Counted from the first letter of the stretch, positions 19,575-29,660 are shown. The stretch: 64,000 nt of DNA from an uncultured delta proteobacterium (GCA_963771465.1 CAVYTU010000017.1:512001-576000); one strand, 5' to 3'. The notes: generated by a model from the sequence alone, not told the origin. Translations and numbers: made by a program.

Positions 19575-19773
19575 GGATTTTTCTCCAATGAGGTTTTCTC
19601 GTTCGTCTATATACACTGTCGAGCCGAAAGGCAAAATGGTGCTAGGCAGCATCGCCGGAGCCTTGACTTGCGATTTATCGCCAGCTAGCTTTTCCCTGGC
19701 GCTCGATTCGATGCGACCACAGTGGCGTTTTAAGTGTGAAACGTTCTCTCTAATTTTGGAACAGGAGAGGCAT

Positions 19774-20805
19774 ATGCAGATGATGCTACTGTTTCTTTTT
19801 CTCGCGGTTTTATTGCGCCCTGACCAAGCTCAAGCTCAGTCATCGTACTACAAAGGTAAAACGATTAACGTCGTGGTGGGCACCACGGCAGGCAGCGCCT
19901 ATGATGTTTACTCCCGGCTCATCGCTCAGCACATCGGCAAACATATTCCGGGAAACCCGACTTTCGTCGTGCAAAACATGCCCACCGGCGGCTCTATCGT
20001 CGCCGCCAACTTTGTTTATGGGGTGGCGAAGCCCGATGGGTTGACCATCGGATCCATCAACCCGGCGCTCTATTTCAATCAACTCGCCGGGCGCAAAGAG
20101 GTTAAGTTCGACTGGGGCAAGTTTAGCTGGCTCGGCAGTCCCGACCGCTCGGACCATCTTCTTTATATGCGCGCCGATTCTCCCTATAAGACGATTCAGG
20201 ACGTGCGCGCGGCCTCGACGCCACCGAAGTGCGGCGCCACGGGCACCGGCACCACGAGTCACTACATGCCGAAACTTTTGGAAGAAACGATTGGGACCAA
20301 ATTCAATCTCGTCCTGGGCTATCCCGGAGGACCTGAGATTGATTTGGCAGCGGAGAGAGGCGAAGTGCACTGCCGAGCTTTTACCATCACTGGCTGGTTC
20401 GGCGGTGAACTCTACAATACCTGGCGTAAGGCCGGCTTTGCCCGCGTGATCATACAGACCGGAAGTAAACGGGATCCGAGATTGCCCGACGTGCCTACGC
20501 TTTATGAACTCATGGACCAGTATAAGACGCCGGAAACGGAGCGCCGCTTGGCCGCTGTCGTCCTAGCTTCCAATATGTTTGGTCGTCCATTCGTAGCCGC
20601 GCCGGACACGCCCGCGGATCTTGTCAAGGTTTTGCGCGAGGCATTCGCCAAAACCATCAGCGATAGAGAGTATGTGGCCGAAGCGGAGAAGCGGAAACTA
20701 GAGATCGAACTGACAAGAGGCGAGGAGCTGGAGAAACTGGCTAAAGAAATAATCATCCAGCCCCCGGTGGTGATCGAAAAGATGAAAGCACTATTGGGCC
20801 AATAA
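19774..20805 (+). CDS. Tripartite tricarboxylate transporter substrate-binding protein (Bug/TctC)
   Basis: Signal peptide; YKGKTI, VVQNMPTGG, KPDGLTI and RDPRLPDVPT motifs; AGGAG RBS. Confidence 0.9.
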   Translation: MQMMLLFLFLAVLLRPDQAQAQSSYYKGKTINVVVGTTAGSAYDVYSRLIAQHIGKHIPGNPTFVVQNMPTGGSIVAANFVYGVAKPDGLTIGSINPALYFNQLAGRKEVKFDWGKFSWLGSPDRSDHLLYMRADSPYKTIQDVRAASTPPKCGATGTGTTSHYMPKLLEETIGTKFNLVLGYPGGPEIDLAAERGEVHCRAFTITGWFGGELYNTWRKAGFARVIIQTGSKRDPRLPDVPTLYELMDQYKTPETERRLAAVVLASNMFGRPFVAAPDTPADLVKVLREAFAKTISDREYVAEAEKRKLEIELTRGEELEKLAKEIIIQPPVVIEKMKALLGQ

Positions 20806-20852
20806 TCCCGGGGCAGGATGCGAACGCAACTTTCGTTAGTTTGATCGCTGAT

Positions 20853-21560
20853 TCACTGCTCCCAATGGCCCACGAGCCTGGTGAAATAGTCCGGCACTTT
20901 CGCCTCGAAAAATAATGGTGTGCCACTGAAGGGATGCGTAAAGGAAATCGATTTGGCGTGAAGCGCCAGACGCGCGTGAGCTTTGCGTTCTTTTCCATAT
21001 CTTGGGTCGCCGACCACGGGGTGGCCGATGCCAGCGAGATGCACGCGAATCTGATGCTTGCGGCCGGTTAACAGTTGGACTTCCAGCAGTGAAAAATCTT
21101 TAGTTTCTTTGAGCACGGTGTAAGCCGTGTGAGCGAGCTTGCCAATGCGTGCATCCTTGGTCGTGTAGACGCCGCGCGCTTGATTCTCCGCGAGCAACGT
21201 CGTGATAGTCTCGGCGCGTTTCTCACAGCGGCCGTGAACCACGGCGAGATATGTTTTCTGGGTGTCTTGCCACCGGCTTTGCAAGCGAAATTTCGCTTCT
21301 TCGTTTTTCGCGAAAATAAGTAGTCCCGAAGTCTCCCGATCGAGCCGGTGCACGATAAAAATGCGATTCCGAGATTTCGCAACGCCCTTGCGGACGTAAT
21401 CGGTGAGAATGAAATAAGCCGTGCGTGATTTCTCCCGATCCGTGCTGATGGTCAGGAGCCCCGGTGGTTTGTCGACGACGATTAAATCTCGGTCTTCGTG
21501 AATGATCGCGAGACCTCCCGGCAGAAGCCTCCCTTTTGGGGCGGTGTGTCTCCGCATCAT
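20853..21560 (-). CDS. RluA-family pseudouridine synthase
   Basis: VVDKPPGL, HRLDRETSG, TGRKHQIRVH and HPVVGD motifs. Confidence 0.95.
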   Translation of the reverse strand: MMRRHTAPKGRLLPGGLAIIHEDRDLIVVDKPPGLLTISTDREKSRTAYFILTDYVRKGVAKSRNRIFIVHRLDRETSGLLIFAKNEEAKFRLQSRWQDTQKTYLAVVHGRCEKRAETITTLLAENQARGVYTTKDARIGKLAHTAYTVLKETKDFSLLEVQLLTGRKHQIRVHLAGIGHPVVGDPRYGKERKAHARLALHAKSISFTHPFSGTPLFFEAKVPDYFTRLVGHWEQ

Positions 21561-21700
21561 CGTTGCTTATCCTGTCGTTGGTTATGAAAAGGTTACTTTT
21601 GCACGAGCAGGCAATTGGTCAAAGTTGCGTTGCCAGTCAAGTTGTCTTCGATATTGCACTTCTAGTTCACCGCTCTAAGTCTGTATAAAACGCCGTCCCT

Positions 21701-22897
21701 TCATTCCCTTTTCCCCAACAACCGATAGAAAAGCGTCGTCGTTACGATCAATGAAACGACGGCGGTGAGGGCGATGCCCAATGACGCGCCGAAAAGTGTT
21801 GCGGCGGCGCCTAATATGATGGAACCGATGGAGCGCATGCCTTGATCGAGATTGAACACGCTCATCACTCGGCCCATGAGATTGCGCGGCGCTTCGATCT
21901 GAATGATCACTCGGCTGATGGTGCGAAAGCAGACCTGTCCAGCGCCGACCAGAGTTAGTAGCACGACCGAAAGCCAAAAGATCGGCGATACACAAAAGAG
22001 TATGAGAAAGATCGGCGTCGTTGTGGTCGTGACCCATAGCAGCATGGCGCGATTCCAACGTTCGCCCACGGAGGCGAGAAAGCTCAGCGAGGCAATGCCG
22101 CCCAATCCCGGTGCGGCCATCAACAGGCCCAATCCCTCAGGACCGACATTGAGAACCTCCTTGGCGAAAACCGGCAGGAAGCTTTGGTAGGTGACGATAA
22201 AGATGGCGAAGGTGTAGGCCGCGACGATACTGCTCAGTATAACCGGCGCGTGCCAAACGTACTGAAAGCCTTCTTTGAACTCGCGCAAGAAATTCTCTTC
22301 GCGCTTTATCGACGGTTCCTTATTCGTGCGCAGGAACAGCATGCCGACGCCCGCGACGATCAGGGTTACTGCGAATGTCGCGTAGCAGCCGCCGATGCCG
22401 ATCCAAAGAATCATTACGCCGCCGAGGGACGGTCCCGCGATGCGAGCGATGTTGAAGCCGACGGTGTAGAGCGAGACGGCGTTCATGAGATCTTCGCGCG
22501 GCACTAACTCGGCAAGGATTGATTGAGCAGCCGACGGATTGATCGCGCGGATCGAACCGGAGAGGATTTCGAGCACCAGCAGGTGCCAGAACGCGAGCGT
22601 GCCGAAAGCATAGATCGGCAGAAAAATTGCTATCGGGATGGCGGAGCCAAAATTGACCAGGATCAACAAAAGCTTGCGATCATAGCGGTCGACCAAGACG
22701 CCGCTGAGGGCGCCAAGAATCAAACGGGGCAACGCGCTGCACAGCCCCAGGATCCCCAACGCCATCGCCGAGCCGGTGATTTCATAGGTGATCCAGAACA
22801 GCGCCACTTCCTGGACGAAGTGGCCAATGGAACCGAGCATATCCGTGCACCAGAATAACGCGTAGTTGCGGTGACGTAGCGAGTGAAAAATCCGAAT
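21701..22897 (-). CDS. MFS transporter (DHA3/EntS-like); probable ATT start at 22897
   Basis: About 12 TMs, GVLVDRYDRK motif A; conserved FHSLRHRNYALFW lies upstream of the ORF-track ATG 22840. Confidence 0.85.
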   Translation of the reverse strand: MRIFHSLRHRNYALFWCTDMLGSIGHFVQEVALFWITYEITGSAMALGILGLCSALPRLILGALSGVLVDRYDRKLLLILVNFGSAIPIAIFLPIYAFGTLAFWHLLVLEILSGSIRAINPSAAQSILAELVPREDLMNAVSLYTVGFNIARIAGPSLGGVMILWIGIGGCYATFAVTLIVAGVGMLFLRTNKEPSIKREENFLREFKEGFQYVWHAPVILSSIVAAYTFAIFIVTYQSFLPVFAKEVLNVGPEGLGLLMAAPGLGGIASLSFLASVGERWNRAMLLWVTTTTTPIFLILFCVSPIFWLSVVLLTLVGAGQVCFRTISRVIIQIEAPRNLMGRVMSVFNLDQGMRSIGSIILGAAATLFGASLGIALTAVVSLIVTTTLFYRLLGKRE

Positions 22898-23058
22898 GGT
22901 GTGGCGCTCCTTGTGGTTGTGTGATCAGCGAAACCGTTTCTGGTTATAGCCTTTCCGTCGGCCATAGGAAAGGAATCTGCGGTCGACGCTCATGTTGACA
23001 GCGAATAAGATTCAGAATAGTTCGATGTCATCAATTTCGCTGAAGGAGAAAATGTTCT

Positions 23059-24051
23059 GTGGCATACGATGATCGCAGTGTAAAACCGATGAGCGCGAGT
23101 TTGATGCGCGCGCGCATCGCGACGAAAATTTTTGCCGGGCTTTACGAAGAAGTGCCGACGCTGCTTACCAGCGCGATTCGGCTGATGGTCGAATTGCCCG
23201 GCGGTAAGAAGGGACGCAAGGGACCGCCTTATCCATTTACTATCGGCGTCAGCCCGGCGTGGTGCAGCGGTCTGAACGGCGCCAAGCTGGTGGCGAGCGG
23301 CAAGCTCGATCTGGTTTGGCTCAATCCTTCGATCATACCGTCGATGGCCGTGCGCGGCGTCGGGCCGTTTCAGAAAAAAAGTCCGCTGCGTGCGCTGGCC
23401 GTTTTTCCCTCCTGGGATCGTTTGGTGATCGCCGTGTCGCCGCGCTTGGGGGTGAATAGCATGGAAGAGTTGATCGCCAAGAAGCCGAAAATGAGAGTCT
23501 CCATCGCGGTCAACGACTGCGTCGACTTCGCCATTAAGTTCTTACTTAAATGCCACGGCATCTCACAAAAACATTTCATAAAATGGGGCGGCAAGGTCGA
23601 CGAAGTCGTGCGCCCGAGCAATCCGCAGCGGCGCGAAGGAATTATCTCTGGCAAGCTGGACATGGTGATCGACGAAGGCATGGATTCCTGGGGCGACGTT
23701 GCGGTAGCGCACGGCATGAAGTTTTTGTCTTACTCCGAGCCGGTGTTACAGAAATTAGAAAAGTACGGCTTTCAGCGCGCGCGCTTGGATCACGGCCGGA
23801 TCGACGGCATTAATGACCCGACGACAGTGGTCGACTTCAGCGGTTGGCCGCTGGTCGTGCACAAAAATTTTCCCGACGAGCTTGCCTACCACATCGTTGG
23901 TGTGCTGGAGAAAATCCGTGAGGAGATTCCCTACGACGCCGCGGAAACGCCGTCGATGAAACAACTGTGCACGAACACGGAAGCCGGCCCGCTGGATTTC
24001 CCGCTCCATCCGGGCGCAGAGCGATATTATCGGGAGAAGGGTTATCTGTAA
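23059..24051 (+). CDS. TAXI-family TRAP solute receptor-like protein, no evident signal peptide
   Basis: PLRALAVFP and PLHPGAERYYREKG motifs; AAGGAG RBS before GTG. Confidence 0.78.
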   Translation: MAYDDRSVKPMSASLMRARIATKIFAGLYEEVPTLLTSAIRLMVELPGGKKGRKGPPYPFTIGVSPAWCSGLNGAKLVASGKLDLVWLNPSIIPSMAVRGVGPFQKKSPLRALAVFPSWDRLVIAVSPRLGVNSMEELIAKKPKMRVSIAVNDCVDFAIKFLLKCHGISQKHFIKWGGKVDEVVRPSNPQRREGIISGKLDMVIDEGMDSWGDVAVAHGMKFLSYSEPVLQKLEKYGFQRARLDHGRIDGINDPTTVVDFSGWPLVVHKNFPDELAYHIVGVLEKIREEIPYDAAETPSMKQLCTNTEAGPLDFPLHPGAERYYREKGYL

Positions 24052-24052
24052 G

Positions 24053-24115
24053 AACCGTGCTCGTGGCTCGTGGTCGTGTCCGGAGTCTGAACCAACACGA
24101 GCCACGAGCACGGTT
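24053..24115. repeat. Perfect 20-bp inverted repeat between convergent genes (REP-like, likely terminator)
   Basis: aaccgtgctcgtggctcgtg (24053-24072) pairs with cacgagccacgagcacggtt (24096-24115). Confidence 0.85.
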
Positions 24116-26391
24116 TACGATGAGCTCGTTTGATTTAGCGCCGCCAACACGAGTTTCGGCGTAAAGGGCACGTCGCGCAGTTTGATCCCGACGGCGTCGA
24201 AGATCGCGCTGGCGATGGCCGCCGGGATCGGTACTGTCGATAATTCTCCCGCGCCTAGCGGGGTTACGTCTTGACGATTAACGAGTACAATGTCCAGTTC
24301 CGGGATATCCGGAAACTTAAGGATGGGGTAGCTCGACCAATCCAAACTCGTGACTCCAGCCGCATCGAAGGTGACTTCTTCCAATAGTGCGCGGCTTACG
24401 CCTTGAACGATGTTGCCTTCAACCTGATTCTTCACGCCGTCCGGATTTACGATCAGACCACAATCGTGCGCCATCGTAATGCGTTGAACCGTCACTTTGC
24501 CAGTCGTCTTATTCACCTCAACGTCGGCGATGGCCGCGGCGTAGCCGCCCGAACGCCGAGTCATCGCCACGCCTCTTCCAGCCGCGGTAGCGCCGCTCGC
24601 TTTGGCGGCGGGGGCGCCGCGTTTTTGCCATTGGGCTTTTTCCGCCGCTGCTTTTAGTGTTTCCGTGCCGCGTTTGTCATTGGTCAAATAGCGCAAGCGC
24701 AAGTCGATCGGGTCAACTGCTAAATCCGCGGCGATCTCGTTGAGCAATGTTTCACTGGCGAATGCGCGCGCCAATTGTCCGGGCGCGCGTAAGTTGCTGG
24801 TCCGGAGTGGAAAGGGCTCCGACTGCATCCAGGGAATTTGCTCAGCGGCGACTTTTATATTCTCAAAAGCGTAGATTTCGCCGCTGCCTTGGTTGCCATT
24901 GCCTGAGCCTGGAGATTTTGTTTTGTTGCCGATCTGTTCCGAAGCCAACAGAGTGGTGCTCGAAGCAACCGTCCAGGGAAAACTATAATCGGTAAATTCC
25001 CAGGCAATAATCTTGCCCGTCTCGTCGACACCGGCCTTGATCGTCTGGGTTTGCGCCGGCCCTTTGGGTTCCCAGCCATGCTCGTCCTCGCGCGACCATT
25101 GCACACGCACCGGCGCGCCGACGGCGCGTGAGAGCAGCGCGGCATCTTCGGCGCCGTCGTCATTGCTCATGCGACCGTAGGAGCCGGAAGCTTCGTGATA
25201 AATCACGCGGACGTTTTTTTCTGGAATCTTTAACAGTGACGCCATCGACGCACGGGTGCGAAACGGACCCTGGCAGCCGGACCAAACCGTGGCTTTATCG
25301 CCACGCACGTTGGCAATGGCGCAAGACGGACCGATCATGCCGTGCATTTGAAACGGCCAGCGATAGGCCGCTTCATATCGTTTATTGGCATTGGTCAAGA
25401 CCGACGATGGATTTCCTCTCTCCGGGCCCTTGAGCGTAGTAAAACTCTTGGTGTTGCGCAGGTAGCTATAAAGCTCTGTCGCATCAGCCGGTAATTTGAA
25501 TTTCGTCGGTGACCAGGACACTTTCAACGCTTTCGCGGCCTTGATTGCCGACCATTCGGTTTTCGCCACGACACCGACGAAATTTCCTTCACGGACGACT
25601 TTGACCATGCCCGCAATATCTTTAATCGAGCTTTCGTCGATGCTCGCCGGCGCGGAATTTACCACCGGCGGGCGAATCACGCGCCCATGCAACATGCCGG
25701 GAACGCGCACGTCTTGTATGTAGACTCTTTCACCGGTGAGTTTAGGTGGCAAATCGAACCGACGCACCGAGGTGCCGACGGTTTTGTACTCTTTAGGATC
25801 TTTCGGCTTCACGTCCTTGGCCAGTTTGAGTTCGCCGGCCCGTCCTTCCGCATCGATTGTTACGTTGAATCGTTTGCCGCCGATCAACTGACCGTACGAA
25901 ATTCGTTTGGCTGGATTGCCCGCGACGCTGACCACACCGTCTCGAACGGTGAGTTTGTCGGCTGGGGCACCGAGCTTTTCCGCCGCTAGGCGCAAAAGTT
26001 CTTTGCGCGCTGCGGCAGCGGCCTGGCGAATTTGCGGGCCCGCTCGTTCGATCGTCCGGCTGCCGGAAGTCGTCGCTTGATCGATGGTCTTGGACGTGTC
26101 GCCCATGTCGACTTTGACTCGTTGCCACGGTACGTCGAGTTCCTCCGCAGCGATCTGTGCCAATGCCGTCTCAATGCCCGTGCCTAGCTCGACTTTGCTG
26201 GTGAATACCGTCACGCCGCCGTCTCGGCCGATTGCGATCCAAGAATCGAGCTTGGTTGGATCCGGTTCGGCGTCAGCGTTGTCTTGCGCAAAAAGGCCGG
26301 ACGGCGACGGGAACAGATTGAAGCTGACGACGAGCGCGCCGGTGGATTTAACAAACTGTCGGCGTGTAAGTTCCATGGTTTTCATTTTCAT
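24115..26391 (-). CDS. Xanthine dehydrogenase-family molybdopterin-binding subunit (IorB/NicB-like), Tat-exported
   Basis: Tat motif TRRQFVK; KVELGTGIETALAQIAAEEL, DCGLIVNPDGVKNQVEG and GAGE motifs. Confidence 0.92.
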   Translation of the reverse strand: MKMKTMELTRRQFVKSTGALVVSFNLFPSPSGLFAQDNADAEPDPTKLDSWIAIGRDGGVTVFTSKVELGTGIETALAQIAAEELDVPWQRVKVDMGDTSKTIDQATTSGSRTIERAGPQIRQAAAAARKELLRLAAEKLGAPADKLTVRDGVVSVAGNPAKRISYGQLIGGKRFNVTIDAEGRAGELKLAKDVKPKDPKEYKTVGTSVRRFDLPPKLTGERVYIQDVRVPGMLHGRVIRPPVVNSAPASIDESSIKDIAGMVKVVREGNFVGVVAKTEWSAIKAAKALKVSWSPTKFKLPADATELYSYLRNTKSFTTLKGPERGNPSSVLTNANKRYEAAYRWPFQMHGMIGPSCAIANVRGDKATVWSGCQGPFRTRASMASLLKIPEKNVRVIYHEASGSYGRMSNDDGAEDAALLSRAVGAPVRVQWSREDEHGWEPKGPAQTQTIKAGVDETGKIIAWEFTDYSFPWTVASSTTLLASEQIGNKTKSPGSGNGNQGSGEIYAFENIKVAAEQIPWMQSEPFPLRTSNLRAPGQLARAFASETLLNEIAADLAVDPIDLRLRYLTNDKRGTETLKAAAEKAQWQKRGAPAAKASGATAAGRGVAMTRRSGGYAAAIADVEVNKTTGKVTVQRITMAHDCGLIVNPDGVKNQVEGNIVQGVSRALLEEVTFDAAGVTSLDWSSYPILKFPDIPELDIVLVNRQDVTPLGAGELSTVPIPAAIASAIFDAVGIKLRDVPFTPKLVLAALNQTSSS

Positions 26392-26397
26392 CGCTCC

Positions 26398-26862
26398 TTA
26401 CGCTAACTGTCCCGAGGCCCGTTTGACCGCCCGCATAATGCGAATATGAGTGCCGCAGCGGCATAGGTTCCCAGCTAACGCCTCTTTGATCTGGCTATCC
26501 GTCGGCTTGGGATTTTTATCGAGCAAGGCTTTGCTGCTCATGACCATGCCGTTGATGCAGTAGCCGCACTGGACCGCTTGCTCGTCGACGAACGCCTGCT
26601 GGATCTTGTGCATCTTTTTGGTGTTGCCCAAGCCTTCGAGCGTGGTGACGGCTTTATTCTGCGCCGCGCTCACAGGAGTGACGCAGGAGCGAATCGCGTT
26701 GCCGTCCATGATCACCGTGCAAGCGCCGCATTGAGCCAAGCCGCAGCCGAACTTGGGACCGTTCAATTGCAAATCGTTGCGCAGAGCGTAGAGCAGCGGC
26801 ATCTCCGGCTCGACGTCGACGGTTTGCGTCCTGCCGTTAACGCGCAATGGTATTTTGGCCAT
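26398..26862 (-). CDS. (2Fe-2S)-binding subunit (IorA/CoxS-like)
   Basis: GCGLAQCGAC, QCGYC and NLCRC motifs. Confidence 0.95.
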   Translation of the reverse strand: MAKIPLRVNGRTQTVDVEPEMPLLYALRNDLQLNGPKFGCGLAQCGACTVIMDGNAIRSCVTPVSAAQNKAVTTLEGLGNTKKMHKIQQAFVDEQAVQCGYCINGMVMSSKALLDKNPKPTDSQIKEALAGNLCRCGTHIRIMRAVKRASGQLA

Positions 26863-26993
26863 GTGACCTCCTTGGGCGAGGGAAAAAGGTTGAACGATGA
26901 GAATCGAAGTTCTGACTTATTAAGGAAGAGGATCTTGCGAAAGTCAAGATGAACCGGGGATCCCGCTAGCGAGAAACGATCGGCGTCCTTGGT

Positions 26994-27023
26994 TTGACAG
27001 GCAGCGTGGCGAGGCCGTACTTT
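26994..27023 (+). promoter_or_regulatory. Putative sigma70 promoter TTGACA-N18-TACTTT
   Basis: Perfect -35 upstream of the glcG-like operon. Confidence 0.4.
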
Positions 27024-27051
27024 AGCGATCGTGGTTCAAAAAGGAGAGCTG

Positions 27052-27483
27052 ATGAAGACGGCGAATACGATCAAGCTGACTCAGGAAGGGGCGATGACGA
27101 TCTTGCGTGGCGCGTTGGACAAAGCGCACGCGCTTGGCGTACATGCGAGCGTCGCTGTGGTTGACGATGGCGGCCATCTGATCGTTTTTGGCCGGTCTGA
27201 AGAAGCAGAGCTTTACTCAGTCGCCATCTGTCAGGCCAAGGCGCGGAGCGCTGCGCTTACGCGGTTCCCGTCGGGCAAGAAAAGTCCCAGCGGCAATGAG
27301 CGTGACGATCATCACGCGATTGCCATCACGTTAGCCGCGGGCGCCGGTTCCTTTGTCACTATCGCCGGCGGTTTTCCGATCGTGGTCAATGGCCGTTGTA
27401 TCGGCGCCGTGGGAGCCAGTGGCGCGTCGAAAAATGACGTTGTCATCGCCCAAGCCGGCATCGCCGCCTTCGAGCGCGCGTGA
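27052..27483 (+). CDS. GlcG/HbpS family heme-binding protein
   Basis: VAVVDDGGHL, AKARSA and GGFPI...IGAVGASG motifs. Confidence 0.9.
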   Translation: MKTANTIKLTQEGAMTILRGALDKAHALGVHASVAVVDDGGHLIVFGRSEEAELYSVAICQAKARSAALTRFPSGKKSPSGNERDDHHAIAITLAAGAGSFVTIAGGFPIVVNGRCIGAVGASGASKNDVVIAQAGIAAFERA

Positions 27484-27519
27484 TGCCCGCCATTGAACTA
27501 AACAGAAAAGGAGCGAACC

Positions 27520-28224
27520 ATGATTCGAGTGGCATTCGTCATCGGCGGTTATCCGCCTGAAGAGTATAAGCGACGCGCCGATGTGGCGCGTTCCTATTCC
27601 AGCGCCGAAATCGAGGTGGGGATTGTCGACACTAAAGCATCGCCGTATTTATACGGCATCACACCGACGGAAGTTCAGCTGGTCGCGCCGGCATTTATCG
27701 AGAGCTTCAAGCAAGCCGAACGCGAAGGCTACGACGCGGTCGTGCCGCTCGGTATGCTCGATCTCGCGGTGGAAGGCGGCAAGTCGGCAGTCGATATCCC
27801 GGTGGTCGGACCGATGGAGGCGTCGCTGCACATCGCGTCCTTGCTCGGCGACCGCTTCGGTTTGATCGTCTATCATGAGAATCTGCTCGCCTTCAATCGC
27901 GCCATTGTTCGCCGCTATGGCATGGAAGAGCGGATCGTCGGCTTCGGTGTGAGCGGCTTCGATCTGCCGGATATTGCCGCTCATCGCGACAAAGTTGTCG
28001 AAAATTTCGTCGGCGAGGCCAAGCGATTGGTCGCGCAAGGCGCAGAGGTTATCATTCCGATGGGCATCACCCAGTGCCCGGTGCATATCAAGGCAGCCTG
28101 GCTGCAAGAGCAGTTGGGCGTACCGGTGGTGGAAGGCATCGGCGCGCCGATTCGCATGGCGGCGATGCTGGCGGGCTTAGGCTTAAAGCAAAGCCGGGTG
28201 CGCTGGCCTAAGTCCCGGAGTTAG
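27520..28224 (+). CDS. Asp/Glu/hydantoin racemase-fold protein (canonical Cys pair absent)
   Basis: AEREGYDAVV, VDIPVVGP.EASLHIASLLGDRFG and LGVPVVEG motifs. Confidence 0.85.
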   Translation: MIRVAFVIGGYPPEEYKRRADVARSYSSAEIEVGIVDTKASPYLYGITPTEVQLVAPAFIESFKQAEREGYDAVVPLGMLDLAVEGGKSAVDIPVVGPMEASLHIASLLGDRFGLIVYHENLLAFNRAIVRRYGMEERIVGFGVSGFDLPDIAAHRDKVVENFVGEAKRLVAQGAEVIIPMGITQCPVHIKAAWLQEQLGVPVVEGIGAPIRMAAMLAGLGLKQSRVRWPKSRS

Positions 28225-28253
28225 GATACGAAAAGGAGAGTCTTCATACGAAT

Positions 28254-29660
28254 ATGGCTACCCAGGAAAATAATCAGATCGTGCAGCCGCCGCTGGTCAA
28301 ACAGATCGCCGAGATCGTTCTTAGTGTCGACCCTCTGCGGATTCCCGCCGACGTTTTGCTCAAGACCAAGACGCTGATTCTCGATGCGATCGGTTGCGCG
28401 TTGGCGGCGCGGCGCGAACCGGTCTTCGAGCGCGCGCTTAAAACCTTTGCAGCCATCGGCGGCACGCCCCAATGCAGCGTGATTGGAACCCAGCAGCGTG
28501 CGCCGGTGACCAGCGCGGTGATGCTCAACGGCATTTTGATCCGCGCGCTCGATATGAATGACGCTTACGTCGGCCACGGCCATCTCGGCCATCCGAGCGA
28601 TAACATCGCCGTCGCGCTGTCGGTGGGCGAACGGCAACGGAGCTCGGGGCTTGATGTCCTGGCGAGCGTCGCCGTCGGCTACGAAATTTATTGCCGCATA
28701 CAAGAACTCGTGCAGTCGGGCGGAGCGTGGGACCATACGACCGGTTCGGCGTTGACGGCCCCCGTGATTGCCGCACGTTTGATGAAATTATCACCCGATC
28801 AACTTGCTCATGCCTTGGCGCTGTCTGCGGCGCACGGCAACACGTTGGCGGAAGTAAGATCCGGCCAGTTGTCCAATGCTAAAGCGATGGCCAATGGATT
28901 TGTCGCCATGCAAGCGACTCTGTGCGCCTTGCTCGCGGGTGAAGGTGTAACCGGACCGCTGACGGTGCTCGAAGGGCGACGTGGCTTGAATCGCGGGCTG
29001 CTTGCGGGCGGCGATCTGAATCTTCTGGCCGAACCGATTGGCGAGCGATTCCGGATCAGCGACGTGGGCATAAAGCCGTATCCCTGTATCGGCACGGCAC
29101 AGACCATGGTCGCCGGCGTGCTGCAATTGCGCGCGGGCATCGCCGATCCGACGAAGGCAGTGAAACACATTGAGGTGCGCATGGCGGACGTGCCCATGGT
29201 TAGCGGCCAAGTCGCGGATGTTGACCGGCGCTTTCCGACCAGTCGTGAAACCGCCGATCACAGTTTTTGTTTTCTTGCGGCCGTGGCGCTGACCGACGGC
29301 GAATTGTCCCAGAGGCAATTCGACAACGAACGCTGGCTCCAGCCGGCGATCAAGCCGCTCATGGAATGCATCACCATCCGCACCGACGCCGCGCTCAATC
29401 AATACGCTCCCAGCAGCTATCCCGCCGCGGTTGAGATGACGCTGGAAAACGGCGAGCGACGCACGGCTGAAGTAATTTTTCCCAAGGGCCATCCGCAGAA
29501 TCCCATGTCGCGAGCCGAAGTCGAAGCCAAATTCAGCAGCTGCGCGCGGGCAACATTAAGCGAGAAACAGCAGGCGAGAATTATTTCGTTAGTTTACGAT
29601 CTCGACAGCCTGACGGATGTGAGTGGTCTTTTGAAGGAATTGTCGGTCGGTGACAGCTGA
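28254..29660 (+). CDS. MmgE/PrpD family protein
   Basis: LDAIGCA, LDMND...HPSD, IKPYPC, ADHS and KGHPQNPM motifs. Confidence 0.92.
   Translation: MATQENNQIVQPPLVKQIAEIVLSVDPLRIPADVLLKTKTLILDAIGCALAARREPVFERALKTFAAIGGTPQCSVIGTQQRAPVTSAVMLNGILIRALDMNDAYVGHGHLGHPSDNIAVALSVGERQRSSGLDVLASVAVGYEIYCRIQELVQSGGAWDHTTGSALTAPVIAARLMKLSPDQLAHALALSAAHGNTLAEVRSGQLSNAKAMANGFVAMQATLCALLAGEGVTGPLTVLEGRRGLNRGLLAGGDLNLLAEPIGERFRISDVGIKPYPCIGTAQTMVAGVLQLRAGIADPTKAVKHIEVRMADVPMVSGQVADVDRRFPTSRETADHSFCFLAAVALTDGELSQRQFDNERWLQPAIKPLMECITIRTDAALNQYAPSSYPAAVEMTLENGERRTAEVIFPKGHPQNPMSRAEVEAKFSSCARATLSEKQQARIISLVYDLDSLTDVSGLLKELSVGDS

Noticed and set aside
19575-19773. Cobalamin or SAM riboswitch upstream of the metE-like gene
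   Set aside because: No B12-box or SAM core motifs recognisable in this short divergent intergenic region
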